This document shows, piece after piece, positions 20,129-27,783 of a stretch of DNA of 35,997 nt (its first letter is position 1; the number at the start of each line of letters is the position of its first letter). Location: UHGV virus genome UHGV-0350163. The stretch is one strand, 5' to 3'. The DNA comes from a virus. Position numbers and translations under genes: made by a program. The notes below the pieces were generated by a model. That model worked only from the letters and a program-made list of their open reading frames with translations. It searched no databases and was not told the origin of the DNA.

Positions 20129-21826
20129 TTACCATCCTCCTGAACCAAAACGCCCGCCACGGTCACGCCCGCTGCTGCGTGGGGTGTGTATCTGAAATTT
20201 TGCGCTGCGCGATACCGCCAGCGTCCACAGCATGTGCAGACAGTCCGGGCCATCATCGTGGTCGGCTTTGGGGTAGTGGCGCAGCTGGTCAATCAGCGTC
20301 TGATGTGCCGGACTGATGCGGATCAGGCCATTGGCCATATGCGGCTGAAGGGACTCAATACGCAGCGCTTTATCCTCCAGCGGGATGACCGGCAGCGCCG
20401 GAACCGGCACGCCCAGCGCCGCCGAACGCTCAACCAGCACGGTACGCAGAAACTCCTGAAACTGGACGGACTCAAACGACCAGCACAGACAGTGGTATTC
20501 CCGCTGATACTTAATCACGTCTTCGATAAGTTTGTTTGGCAGACGTCGGCGGATATCGGCTTCAACCACATCCAGAATGCCGGTAAAGCGGTTAAAGCCC
20601 CCCACGAGAATGGCCGACGGGTCGCGGTTTTTGTTTTTCTTCCCGAGACTGGGGTCAACAGCACCATAAAACACCCATTCATCAAGACGGTTAACCCAGA
20701 ACTTAATGCAGCCCGCAAACAGCGCATCTTCACCGCTGACCGGGTCGTTCTGGTATTCAGAATCAAAGGTGTCATGACCGTCACGGACACGGATTTTCAT
20801 CAGCGCCAGCAGGGGACGCGCCGCCCATGACACCACCGACCCGGCGAGCATCTCAGCCTCGTTCTGTCGGTAAAGTGCCTCCGCTGCTTCCGGCTGTTTG
20901 TTGCGGATGAGTTCTTCCCACTCGTCCCACAGCTTCATATTGGCAGGCCACTGAATAACGGCCTTAAAGCGGGCTGTTTTCCACATCGGGTTATTCAGCG
21001 TGCGCGACAGCACGGAGTCGTAATGCAGGATGGTTCCGATATAAATAATATCGGTTTTACCGCCAGCCTCACCCAGCGGCATCACGGTTTTGGTGAGCCA
21101 GTCATGCAGCTTGTCGCGCTGCTCCGGGTTACGCACCATCTCGTCGTTCTCGATATCGTCGAGGATGACCAAGTCAGGACGGTACGGACCGTGGCGCAGA
21201 CCACGCAGTTTTTTACCACTACCGGCAACGGTCACCTTGATATTGTTGGCCGTGACGATGGTCCCCATACGCCAGACGCGACCCTGCCCGCACACCTCCG
21301 GGAAATCGTTTTTTAAACGGGGGTTAAACTCCAGTTCAGCCTTGATGGCTTCCAGCATCGGATAAGCCTGGTCGATACTGTCCATAATGATGACCGGGTA
21401 ATGCTTAATGGCCCGGATAATGGTCCACAGGGTAAACAGCTGAGTCACCAGCGTGGATTTTGCTTCACCACGGGGCGCGGCGATGGCGTCGTTCTCCGGG
21501 TCCGGGCTTGCCACAACCTGTGGCAGACGGCTGAACAGGTATTTATGCAGCTCGCTTTTTGCCGGGTTGCGGACGTAGTGCGGGAAATAATTTTCGACAA
21601 AATAATCATAGCCCGTCACCGGATCGCAGACTGCCGCCCGGCGGGCCTGTGTGGCCTGTGGGTTAACATCGAACCCCAGACATTCAGCCTCAATGGTCTG
21701 GCGGAGGTTGGCGATGTACTCCTGCAGGCTTCTCTGAAACTCTTTAATGGAAAGTTTACGTTTTGCCACGTCACACCTGCGCTGCTTCTGCCTGCGCTTT
21801 TTCGAGACGTGCGCAGGCGATATCAA
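20129..21826 (-). CDS. Terminase large subunit (Mu gp28-like)
   Basis: 565 aa ORF as in the track. Real start may be the GTG at 21769, 1 nt after the methyltransferase stop and preceded by AGGTG. Confidence 0.8.
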   Translation of the reverse strand: MISPAHVSKKRRQKQRRCDVAKRKLSIKEFQRSLQEYIANLRQTIEAECLGFDVNPQATQARRAAVCDPVTGYDYFVENYFPHYVRNPAKSELHKYLFSRLPQVVASPDPENDAIAAPRGEAKSTLVTQLFTLWTIIRAIKHYPVIIMDSIDQAYPMLEAIKAELEFNPRLKNDFPEVCGQGRVWRMGTIVTANNIKVTVAGSGKKLRGLRHGPYRPDLVILDDIENDEMVRNPEQRDKLHDWLTKTVMPLGEAGGKTDIIYIGTILHYDSVLSRTLNNPMWKTARFKAVIQWPANMKLWDEWEELIRNKQPEAAEALYRQNEAEMLAGSVVSWAARPLLALMKIRVRDGHDTFDSEYQNDPVSGEDALFAGCIKFWVNRLDEWVFYGAVDPSLGKKNKNRDPSAILVGGFNRFTGILDVVEADIRRRLPNKLIEDVIKYQREYHCLCWSFESVQFQEFLRTVLVERSAALGVPVPALPVIPLEDKALRIESLQPHMANGLIRISPAHQTLIDQLRHYPKADHDDGPDCLHMLWTLAVSRSAKFQIHTPRSSGRDRGGRFGSGGW

Positions 21827-22511
21827 AATACTGGTTAGTCATTTCAATGCCGGTAAACCGTCCGCCACGGGCAAGCACAGGGATGGCGGTGGTGCCGCTT
21901 CCCATAAACGGATCGAGGACGTGCGCATCCGGTGCCAGCGGTTTAACCAGCTCGGCCATCAGCTGAACCGGCTTTGCGGTCATGTGCAGTTTTTCAGACG
22001 GGACAACACGCTGCGTAATCACACCCGGGAACGGGCCACCGTGCGGGCATTTGTCGAGTTTTCCGTTGCTGCCCCAGACCACATACTCTGCCTGATGCCG
22101 GAAATAGCCGGTGTGTGGCGCACGGGAAGCAAGCGTTTTATCCCAGACAACCAGACCACGCCACAGCACACCACCGGCCTGAAATGCATCGGTAAGCGCT
22201 GGTAGTTGTCGCCAGTCACTGAACACCATGAAATAACCGCCGGGATTCAGCCTGTGCAATGCATGAGAAATCCACATGGAACACCAGAACGCCCAGCTGC
22301 GCTGGTCGCGGTTATCGCCGGTGAACTCGGCATACTGGGTGTGACCGACATACTTGTCCGAAGGGGCCATGCTGCGGTCTGATTTGTGTGTGCCGCCACT
22401 GCTGTAAGGCGGGTCGGTAATGACGGCATCAAAACGTTCAGATAACGCTGACAGCACATCAAGAACATCACCGCAATACAACGTTGCGTTACCAATAATC
22501 TGTTTTTGCAT
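21771..22511 (-). CDS. DNA methyltransferase, beta-class N6-adenine/N4-cytosine type (orphan)
   Basis: 246 aa; DPPY catalytic motif near the N-terminus (ITDPPYSSGG) and SAM-binding motif near the C-terminus (LDPFMGSGTT); this IV-before-I order defines the beta class. No adjacent restriction endonuclease. Confidence 0.85.
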   Translation of the reverse strand: MQKQIIGNATLYCGDVLDVLSALSERFDAVITDPPYSSGGTHKSDRSMAPSDKYVGHTQYAEFTGDNRDQRSWAFWCSMWISHALHRLNPGGYFMVFSDWRQLPALTDAFQAGGVLWRGLVVWDKTLASRAPHTGYFRHQAEYVVWGSNGKLDKCPHGGPFPGVITQRVVPSEKLHMTAKPVQLMAELVKPLAPDAHVLDPFMGSGTTAIPVLARGGRFTGIEMTNQYFDIACARLEKAQAEAAQV

Positions 22512-22557
22512 TACAAATCCCGAATATCAGACGGCCCGGAAAACCGGGCCGCTGTGG

Positions 22558-23058
22558 TTAACTGAAATTATCCTCAAGCTCTTTAGCGAAGCCTTCGAGC
22601 ACCTCAAGAAACGGGGCATACTGTGCCGGGTGACGCTCCTTGATGAACGCGCCGAGCCGCTGCACCACTTCCAGTGCCGTGGCGAGTCGGTCGGTTTCCG
22701 GCAGGATTTTTTTACTGCTGGCCACCGCCTTACTGAGACTGTCAGACAGACTTGCCAGCAGTTCGACGGACTCCTGCGGCGGGATGTCCGGGTTCTGGTT
22801 CAGCCGTTCAAGCGTCGTCTGACACTTCACCACCAGACTGGTAAGCACGGTGCGGGCGACACTTTCCAGCCCGTCACCGGCGAGCGCGTGCGCGGCTCGC
22901 AGCTTGTCCCAGTCGTCACCGTTCTTCATCGCCTGCGTTTTCCAGCGCCGCGCGGTGTCGTGCGGCACGGCGTACTTCATGGCGACGATATCCAGCGGAA
23001 GCTGGTCAAAGATGTACCCGTTACGGACTTTGTCCCTGATATCCTGTGACCACGCCAT
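22558..23058 (-). CDS. Mu gp27-like protein (putative small terminase subunit)
   Basis: 166 aa ORF upstream of the terminase region. Confidence 0.6.
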   Translation of the reverse strand: MAWSQDIRDKVRNGYIFDQLPLDIVAMKYAVPHDTARRWKTQAMKNGDDWDKLRAAHALAGDGLESVARTVLTSLVVKCQTTLERLNQNPDIPPQESVELLASLSDSLSKAVASSKKILPETDRLATALEVVQRLGAFIKERHPAQYAPFLEVLEGFAKELEDNFS

Positions 23059-23264
23059 TAAGTGACCTTCTGAGCCTGTTCAATCAGGCATTTAACTTCG
23101 TCGGGATTTTCAAGAACATACACGTTTTTCCCGGTATCCAGCTCAATGATCGTGCCACCATATGCACCACACTGACGGTAAAAATGGGTGATGCGTTCAG
23201 CGACTACCATGACAGCGCTGGTGATCCCTGAGCCTGCGCATTCTGTAAATCTGATAATGCTCAC
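23058..23264 (-). CDS. Hypothetical small protein
   Basis: 68 aa ORF between lipoprotein gene and gp27-like gene. Confidence 0.4.
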   Translation of the reverse strand: MSIIRFTECAGSGITSAVMVVAERITHFYRQCGAYGGTIIELDTGKNVYVLENPDEVKCLIEQAQKVT

Positions 23265-23285
23265 TGTGTCAGACCTTCAAAAAAA

Positions 23286-23468
23286 TCAGTTCTGCGAACA
23301 CTGCCGGATGCCATCAACAATCCGGCAGACCTGCGCCGCCGCGTCAAACAGCTGGCCCGCCCTGTTAATGTCTGTGCATCCCGCCGGAAGCAACATCACC
23401 AGAAACAGGGCCAGAACACAGCGCGCGGCTTTACGTGGCGTTCTGTGGGTCCAGTGCTGACGCGTCAT
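23286..23468 (-). CDS. Small lipoprotein, candidate outer-membrane spanin
   Basis: 60 aa with signal peptide and lipobox (LLPAGC); start overlaps endolysin stop. Confidence 0.45.
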   Translation of the reverse strand: MTRQHWTHRTPRKAARCVLALFLVMLLPAGCTDINRAGQLFDAAAQVCRIVDGIRQCSQN

Positions 23469-24010
23469 ACCGTCACGCGCTCCTTCAGCCAGCCATAAAC
23501 AAACGATTCGTTAGCCTCGCGTTTCTCTGCCAGCTCCAGATAGCGGTCACCCTGCGTGCAGTTCAGGGCTGTCAGCATTACCCGTTCACCGTCCTGACCG
23601 CGATTATTCAGGAATGCGCGCAATGCACTGATGGTACGAGGCCCGATGCGTCCGTCTGCATCCATATCCGGGTACAGCTTCCCGCGCAGGTTGAAAACGT
23701 TCAGCCAGCGTTGGAGCATTTTTGACGCCACGGTTGGCCCCATATTCACACCGGTATCACACAGCTCTGCGGCAATATCAGGGGATAATGCGGCGACCTG
23801 GTCAAATCGCGGGCCATACCAGTAATCGGCTTCAAGGATGTCCAGCGCCTGCTCGCGGGTTAAATCGCGCATATCACCACGGTATCCGTGGGCACGGGCG
23901 ACTTTTTCCGTAATGCCCCATTTGGTCGGACCGCCCTTATCATCCGGGTGATTGACATAACCACCTTCTTTGCCCAGGACTTCATCAAAAATTTTATCTT
24001 TTGATTTCAT
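23465..24010 (-). CDS. Endolysin (GH108-like lysozyme with peptidoglycan-binding domain)
   Basis: 181 aa; N-terminal LGKEGGYVNHPDDKGGPTKWGIT matches the GH108 catalytic EGGY motif (from memory). Confidence 0.75.
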   Translation of the reverse strand: MKSKDKIFDEVLGKEGGYVNHPDDKGGPTKWGITEKVARAHGYRGDMRDLTREQALDILEADYWYGPRFDQVAALSPDIAAELCDTGVNMGPTVASKMLQRWLNVFNLRGKLYPDMDADGRIGPRTISALRAFLNNRGQDGERVMLTALNCTQGDRYLELAEKREANESFVYGWLKERVTV

Positions 24011-24290
24011 GTGGATGCCTCAGTAACGAAAGGATTTTTGACAAATTCCCGTGCGCCCACACGATAAGCGCACAGAAAACCAGATTCAGCGCCACAACCA
24101 GCCAGCTGGAATGTGTGTACGTACCGGACAGCCAGCGGAACGGGATGATGACGTAGCCGAGCATCAGCCAGTACGCCAGCCAGGTAATCATCGGTTTATG
24201 CGCTGCACCGTGGCGGCGATACACAAACAACCCCAGCACAATGGCGAGACACAGCCAGACGTTCACGATACCGGCAAGGCTACTTTCCAT
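23994..24290 (-). CDS. Lysis-associated membrane protein (3 predicted TM segments)
   Basis: 98 aa hydrophobic ORF between holin-like gene and endolysin. Confidence 0.45.
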   Translation of the reverse strand: MESSLAGIVNVWLCLAIVLGLFVYRRHGAAHKPMITWLAYWLMLGYVIIPFRWLSGTYTHSSWLVVALNLVFCALIVWAHGNLSKILSLLRHPHEIKR

Positions 24291-24672
24291 TTCCCCCCCC
24301 TCCGCCGCGCAGTCTGGAAAACAGGCCGAACAGCGATGAAATTTCCTGTTGATAAAGAAAGGTCAGTATCTTGATGGATAACGCCGAGACACCGACCGCA
24401 CACAATGCATCGAGTGGCTTGTCGTTGTAGTGGGTCAGCCACTGCATCAGTGACGCAGCCACGCCAGCCCCCAGAACGCCAACCACAAACGCGACGAGCA
24501 GGTGGATGGCCATTCGCCAGACCGGGATTTCTTTCTGCTGCGTGACAACAAAAAGCGCCCCGGCAAACGCGCCCACCACGACCCCGAAATCGGTATTGGT
24601 GAGAAGACCAAACACACTGGCACCACCGATGGTGACTGCCACAGCTCCGCCGCCTGATAAGGGTTCAGACAT
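24280..24672 (-). CDS. Holin-like membrane protein
   Basis: Start moved to internal ATG at 24672 (MSEPLSGGG), preceded by AGGAGA; about 130 aa with several TM segments. Confidence 0.5.
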   Translation of the reverse strand: MSEPLSGGGAVAVTIGGASVFGLLTNTDFGVVVGAFAGALFVVTQQKEIPVWRMAIHLLVAFVVGVLGAGVAASLMQWLTHYNDKPLDALCAVGVSALSIKILTFLYQQEISSLFGLFSRLRGGGGGNGK

Positions 24673-24859
24673 GAGTTTCTCCTGTAAATCTGAGCCACTG
24701 ACGGCCCGTAAATAACACCCTGTCAAAGGCACAGAAGCCTTTTGCAGGGCGCTATCCCTTAAAGTGCCTTGTGGTCTGAGTGGACAGGGTAAACGGTCTG
24801 GTGTGGTGGGTACTGCTGGGGGTGTTCAGCACCCCCGGCAGGTTGATTATCTGGATGGG

Positions 24860-25147
24860 TTAAAGAGAAGCGAGTTTTAATGGTGGCTTATAACATGCCC
24901 GCGCCAGCAGGTTAGCTCTTTCCACGGCATTACGCATTTCCCGTTCTGCGTCAATCATTCTGTTTACGGCTGACAGCACTTCATCATGATTCGTTACTGA
25001 TTCCGGGCTTTGGGCCTGTTTCGCCAGGTAACTGGATAAATTGCACATTTCAGCATGTCGGCGACGGGCTGCATCCCGGGCCTTGTCTGAAAATGCGGTA
25101 TATTCACCGAGTACTGCATAGTCGATATCGGTGTCAGAACGCATCAT
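24860..25147 (-). CDS. Hypothetical protein (first gene after the activator)
   Basis: 95 aa ORF; no recognisable motif. Confidence 0.45.
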   Translation of the reverse strand: MMRSDTDIDYAVLGEYTAFSDKARDAARRRHAEMCNLSSYLAKQAQSPESVTNHDEVLSAVNRMIDAEREMRNAVERANLLARACYKPPLKLASL

Positions 25148-25174
25148 TTCGTGTCTCCTTTTTTCTGAGGCCCA

Positions 25175-25642
25175 TTAATCAAAAAGCCCCACCTGGGTGG
25201 GGCTTTTCAGCGAAGTCTGTTTTTGTCGTCGGTGTATCAGCTGCCATGCGTACCGGTCTGAAATCCCGTAACGGGGACAGAGTAGTGCCAGCGCCTGCCG
25301 GTGTGAGCATCCGTCTTTTACATGCTGCTGTAAATCTGCCATAAAACGGGTGTTACGCAGGGCACGTAACGCATGATCGCAACGGGGAATGTAAAACGGC
25401 GCACCGCCAAGAAAGCGGATCAGTTTGTTGATTTCGTCTTCGGTCAGCACATCATGTAACAGGGCATGGACACCGCCGGTGCGTTCGGCGTGTGCGCCGG
25501 TTTTACCGCTTAACGTCACGCCACCAAAAGAACGGATTAACCGGGTCAGGGCGGGGAAGCCAATCACGCCAATCAGTTGCTGCACGGAATCGGGCAGCAG
25601 TGCCTGCGCATCGCGAAGATCTGTTTCACTGAAGGTCTGCAT
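25175..25642 (-). CDS. Mor/C-family transcriptional activator
   Basis: 155 aa; contains GGAPFYIP motif and C-terminal HTH-like segment (YGISDRYAWQLI) resembling Mu Mor/C (from memory). Only one such homologue seen. Confidence 0.75.
   Translation of the reverse strand: MQTFSETDLRDAQALLPDSVQQLIGVIGFPALTRLIRSFGGVTLSGKTGAHAERTGGVHALLHDVLTEDEINKLIRFLGGAPFYIPRCDHALRALRNTRFMADLQQHVKDGCSHRQALALLCPRYGISDRYAWQLIHRRQKQTSLKSPTQVGLFD
25181..25207 (-). terminator. A-tract / GC-rich hairpin / T-tract overlapping the 3' end of the Mor/C-like gene
   Basis: AAAAAGCCCCACC-TG-GGTGGGGCTTTT read from sequence; the minus-strand transcript would end within a few nt of the stop codon. Confidence 0.5.
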
Positions 25643-25700
25643 GATGGCGTCTCCGGTAGTAACTTACTGTTATTATAGCCATACATGATCGCCTGTACAG
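25643..25700 (-). promoter_or_regulatory. Candidate promoter for the Mor/C-like gene (perfect -10 TATAAT at 25673-25678 on minus strand)
   Basis: TATAAT about 30 nt upstream of the ATG, GGAG RBS 9 nt upstream of ATG; lies immediately downstream of the terminator at 25701-25730. No convincing -35. Confidence 0.35.
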
Positions 25701-25730
25701 ACCACAAAAAAGCCCCTACATGGCAGGGGC
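25701..25730 (-). terminator. Intrinsic terminator after the AT-rich moron (stem GCCCCT/AGGGGC, 7-nt loop, then TTTTTTGTGG on minus strand)
   Basis: Read directly from sequence. Confidence 0.65.
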
Positions 25731-25740
25731 GGCTATTAAG

Positions 25741-26244
25741 TTACTCTGGAATCTTGATGTTACAGGCTTTGATAAATTTATTAACAGCGGTTGTTGAACC
25801 TGTCGGTGTTACATTAAACGATGCGCCTCGTTCTTCACTCGGTTCTTTTACACCAGCTAAAACACGTTTTTGGGCTTTTCGAAGATAAGATAACAACTCT
25901 TTGATTTTTTGTTCGTCCTCTATTTTATAAATATACATTTTTTCATTTCGTGCAGCGAGTACCCCTGTGGTCTTTACTGCTGGAAATTCGTCTATCCTAA
26001 ATATTAAATCTTTTGATGAACCGAATAACGCAATGTTAACTTTATCTGTTTCTTTTGTAATACCAGCGAATAGTGAGTCATTCGAACAGTCTAAAGCAAT
26101 CCCAAAATCCATTGTTCCAATACCCACCATCATGGCTGTTTGTTGATCATCAAAAGCATCTTTTTGTACCCATGTGTGCCATTCAGCAACGGCAGGAAAA
26201 GACAAAATGAACGCTACTAAAAGAAAATACCGTTTTTTAATCAT
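25741..26244 (-). CDS. Secreted protein of unknown function (AT-rich moron)
   Basis: 167 aa with N-terminal signal peptide (MIKKRYFLLVAFILSFPAVA); strong SD AAGGAGGAG; ATG overlaps gemA stop (ATGA); coding sequence is markedly AT-rich. Confidence 0.7.
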   Translation of the reverse strand: MIKKRYFLLVAFILSFPAVAEWHTWVQKDAFDDQQTAMMVGIGTMDFGIALDCSNDSLFAGITKETDKVNIALFGSSKDLIFRIDEFPAVKTTGVLAARNEKMYIYKIEDEQKIKELLSYLRKAQKRVLAGVKEPSEERGASFNVTPTGSTTAVNKFIKACNIKIPE

Positions 26245-26639
26245 TTACTCCTCCTTCTTGAATCTTTAACCAGCGCCACCATCACCCCGAAAAGCTGTTC
26301 ATCCGTCAGCCATTCGATCACATGTTGCTTATACATGTGAGATGCCAGTCCTTCCGCATACCCCCAGGAACGACCGGCATCAGCCAGCAACGCTTCAATT
26401 TTGGATAATACCGATTTTCTGCTCATTGCAACACGGGGGCGGCGACCTTTACCGGCGGGTGCCTTGCGCGGGAATCCCTGTTCGTGCATGTATTCCCGGA
26501 TGATGCGCAGTTCATTAAGATTGCAGCGTGTGGTGCTGGTTTTACCGGTCAGGCGGGCCAGCGTCTGGCGATAAAGGGCATCATCCCACCCCAGATACGC
26601 CTGACCGGCTTTAATGGCCCCGATCATCTTTTTCAGCAT
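26241..26639 (-). CDS. gemA: GemA-like protein (Mu gp16-like)
   Basis: ORF track gives 26241..26738; start placed at internal MLKKMIGAIKAG; position upstream of the activator as in Mu. Confidence 0.6.
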   Translation of the reverse strand: MLKKMIGAIKAGQAYLGWDDALYRQTLARLTGKTSTTRCNLNELRIIREYMHEQGFPRKAPAGKGRRPRVAMSRKSVLSKIEALLADAGRSWGYAEGLASHMYKQHVIEWLTDEQLFGVMVALVKDSRRRSK

Positions 26640-26925
26640 GTTTGTTATCCTCAAAACGTACGGTAAAACGTGAAACGCCAATCCCTGACAAGAACGCGGC
26701 GGCACGATCAAGAGACAGCCACGTCTTGTAATCGCCACGGCGTTCCTGTAGAAAATAGGACACCCCAGCGCGGCGATTCACAGCGAAGAGGTGATACACA
26801 CCACCGAACCGCTGCACGACGAACTCATCCACGCCACCGCTTTCAGCCTGTTGCCTGAAAGCTGCCATTCCGATTTGTTCAATCTTCATAATGACCAAAA
26901 CACTACTTTTGGCAGACCAAAACAC
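26611..26925 (-). CDS. Hypothetical protein (start uncertain)
   Basis: ORF with GTG start at 26925 or ATG at 26889; 3' end overlaps gemA start. Confidence 0.3.
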   Translation of the reverse strand: MFWSAKSSVLVIMKIEQIGMAAFRQQAESGGVDEFVVQRFGGVYHLFAVNRRAGVSYFLQERRGDYKTWLSLDRAAAFLSGIGVSRFTVRFEDNKHAEKDDRGH

Positions 26926-26938
26926 ATGTTTTGGTCTG
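26913..26938. promoter_or_regulatory. Perfect 12-bp inverted repeat CAGACCAAAACA-CA-TGTTTTGGTCTG with a third half-site GACCAAAACA at 26893-26902; candidate operator
   Basis: Read directly; sits in the intergenic gap upstream of the gemA/moron unit. Confidence 0.45.
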
Positions 26939-26956
26939 CGTTTGATTACTGTTCAA

Positions 26957-27175
26957 TCAACCCGCGTAATCGGGGCCGTGTTCCCATCTGGCATCGAGTA
27001 TTTCCGTTCCATCTGTCCGGCATGGGTTATCAAGTGCCATTTTTCCGCACTCCCCGTACTCGACATCGACAAAATCAGCAATATCATTGTCCGTTGCGTT
27101 ATCAGGAACGTCGATTTCAACCGTTACGGTGATAGTTTTCATCAGGTTGTTACTCCGTGATTCAGAAAATTTCAT
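26957..27175 (-). CDS. Small acidic protein of unknown function
   Basis: 72 aa (or about 61 aa from MKTITVTV), rich in Asp/Glu; 8 nt downstream of the secreted-protein gene. Confidence 0.45.
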   Translation of the reverse strand: MKFSESRSNNLMKTITVTVEIDVPDNATDNDIADFVDVEYGECGKMALDNPCRTDGTEILDARWEHGPDYAG

Positions 27176-27183
27176 GCCGGAAC

Positions 27184-27594
27184 TCAGTATGTGAAATAGA
27201 CAGTTGCCACGCCGTTATAGTGATCAAACGACACGGCGTTTACCTCATAACTGGCCGGGAGCTTCGAACCAAGAACGTATCCGGGCCACGTTTTCCATGG
27301 AATTTCTCTGCTCTCACTGTCGCCATATACCGTACATCCCAGTGAGCCTACAGCTTCATAAGAACGCTTACCGCACGTTATGAACCCCAGATTTAGCTTA
27401 CTGCCCTTAACAGAAATCGGGAGAGCACTGGCTGATGCGTTAGCAGCGTCCTGCTCCTGTTGGCTTGCGATATTCGCAGAGTTCGCAGCAGCTGCGGCAG
27501 CCGTAGTCGCAGCGGCAGATGCCACAATAACTGCTGAAGCCTGTGCCTGTTGGGTAACGGTCAGCAATGCCGCCACAAAAACCATTTTCTTCAC
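27184..27594 (-). CDS. Secreted protein with Ala-rich low-complexity linker
   Basis: 136 aa, GTG start preceded by AGGAGGT; signal peptide MKKMVFVAALLTVTQQAQA, then Ala/Ser/Thr-rich segment and a ~75 aa C-terminal domain. Confidence 0.6.
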   Translation of the reverse strand: MKKMVFVAALLTVTQQAQASAVIVASAAATTAAAAAANSANIASQQEQDAANASASALPISVKGSKLNLGFITCGKRSYEAVGSLGCTVYGDSESREIPWKTWPGYVLGSKLPASYEVNAVSFDHYNGVATVYFTY

Positions 27595-27609
27595 CTGGCA
27601 CCTCCTTTA

Positions 27610-27783
27610 CATACCGTGATTTTTCCTGCGGTTTTGCGCCGCGCTGGGCTTTTTGCAACAGCTGTGCAACATCACCCCGCAACACCCCGTCAACCTCACT
27701 CGTCTGTTACTAATCCTCAACCATCGCCAGACCCCAACACCGTTTCTGCGAGCTAACAGAATTTTTGCCTTACGGTTTTTCAT
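27610..27783 (-). CDS. Small basic protein, paralogue B (58 aa), not in ORF track
   Basis: Hand-translated: MKNRKAKILLARRNGVGVWRWLRISNRRVRLTGCCGVMLHSCCKKPSAAQNRRKNHGM. ATG overlaps the stop of paralogue A (ATGA). Confidence 0.4.

Noticed and set aside
24815-24839. GC-rich hairpin (GGGGGTG-TTCAG-CACCCCC) between the 95-aa gene and the holin-like gene
   Set aside because: Not followed by a U-run on the coding strand; function unclear.
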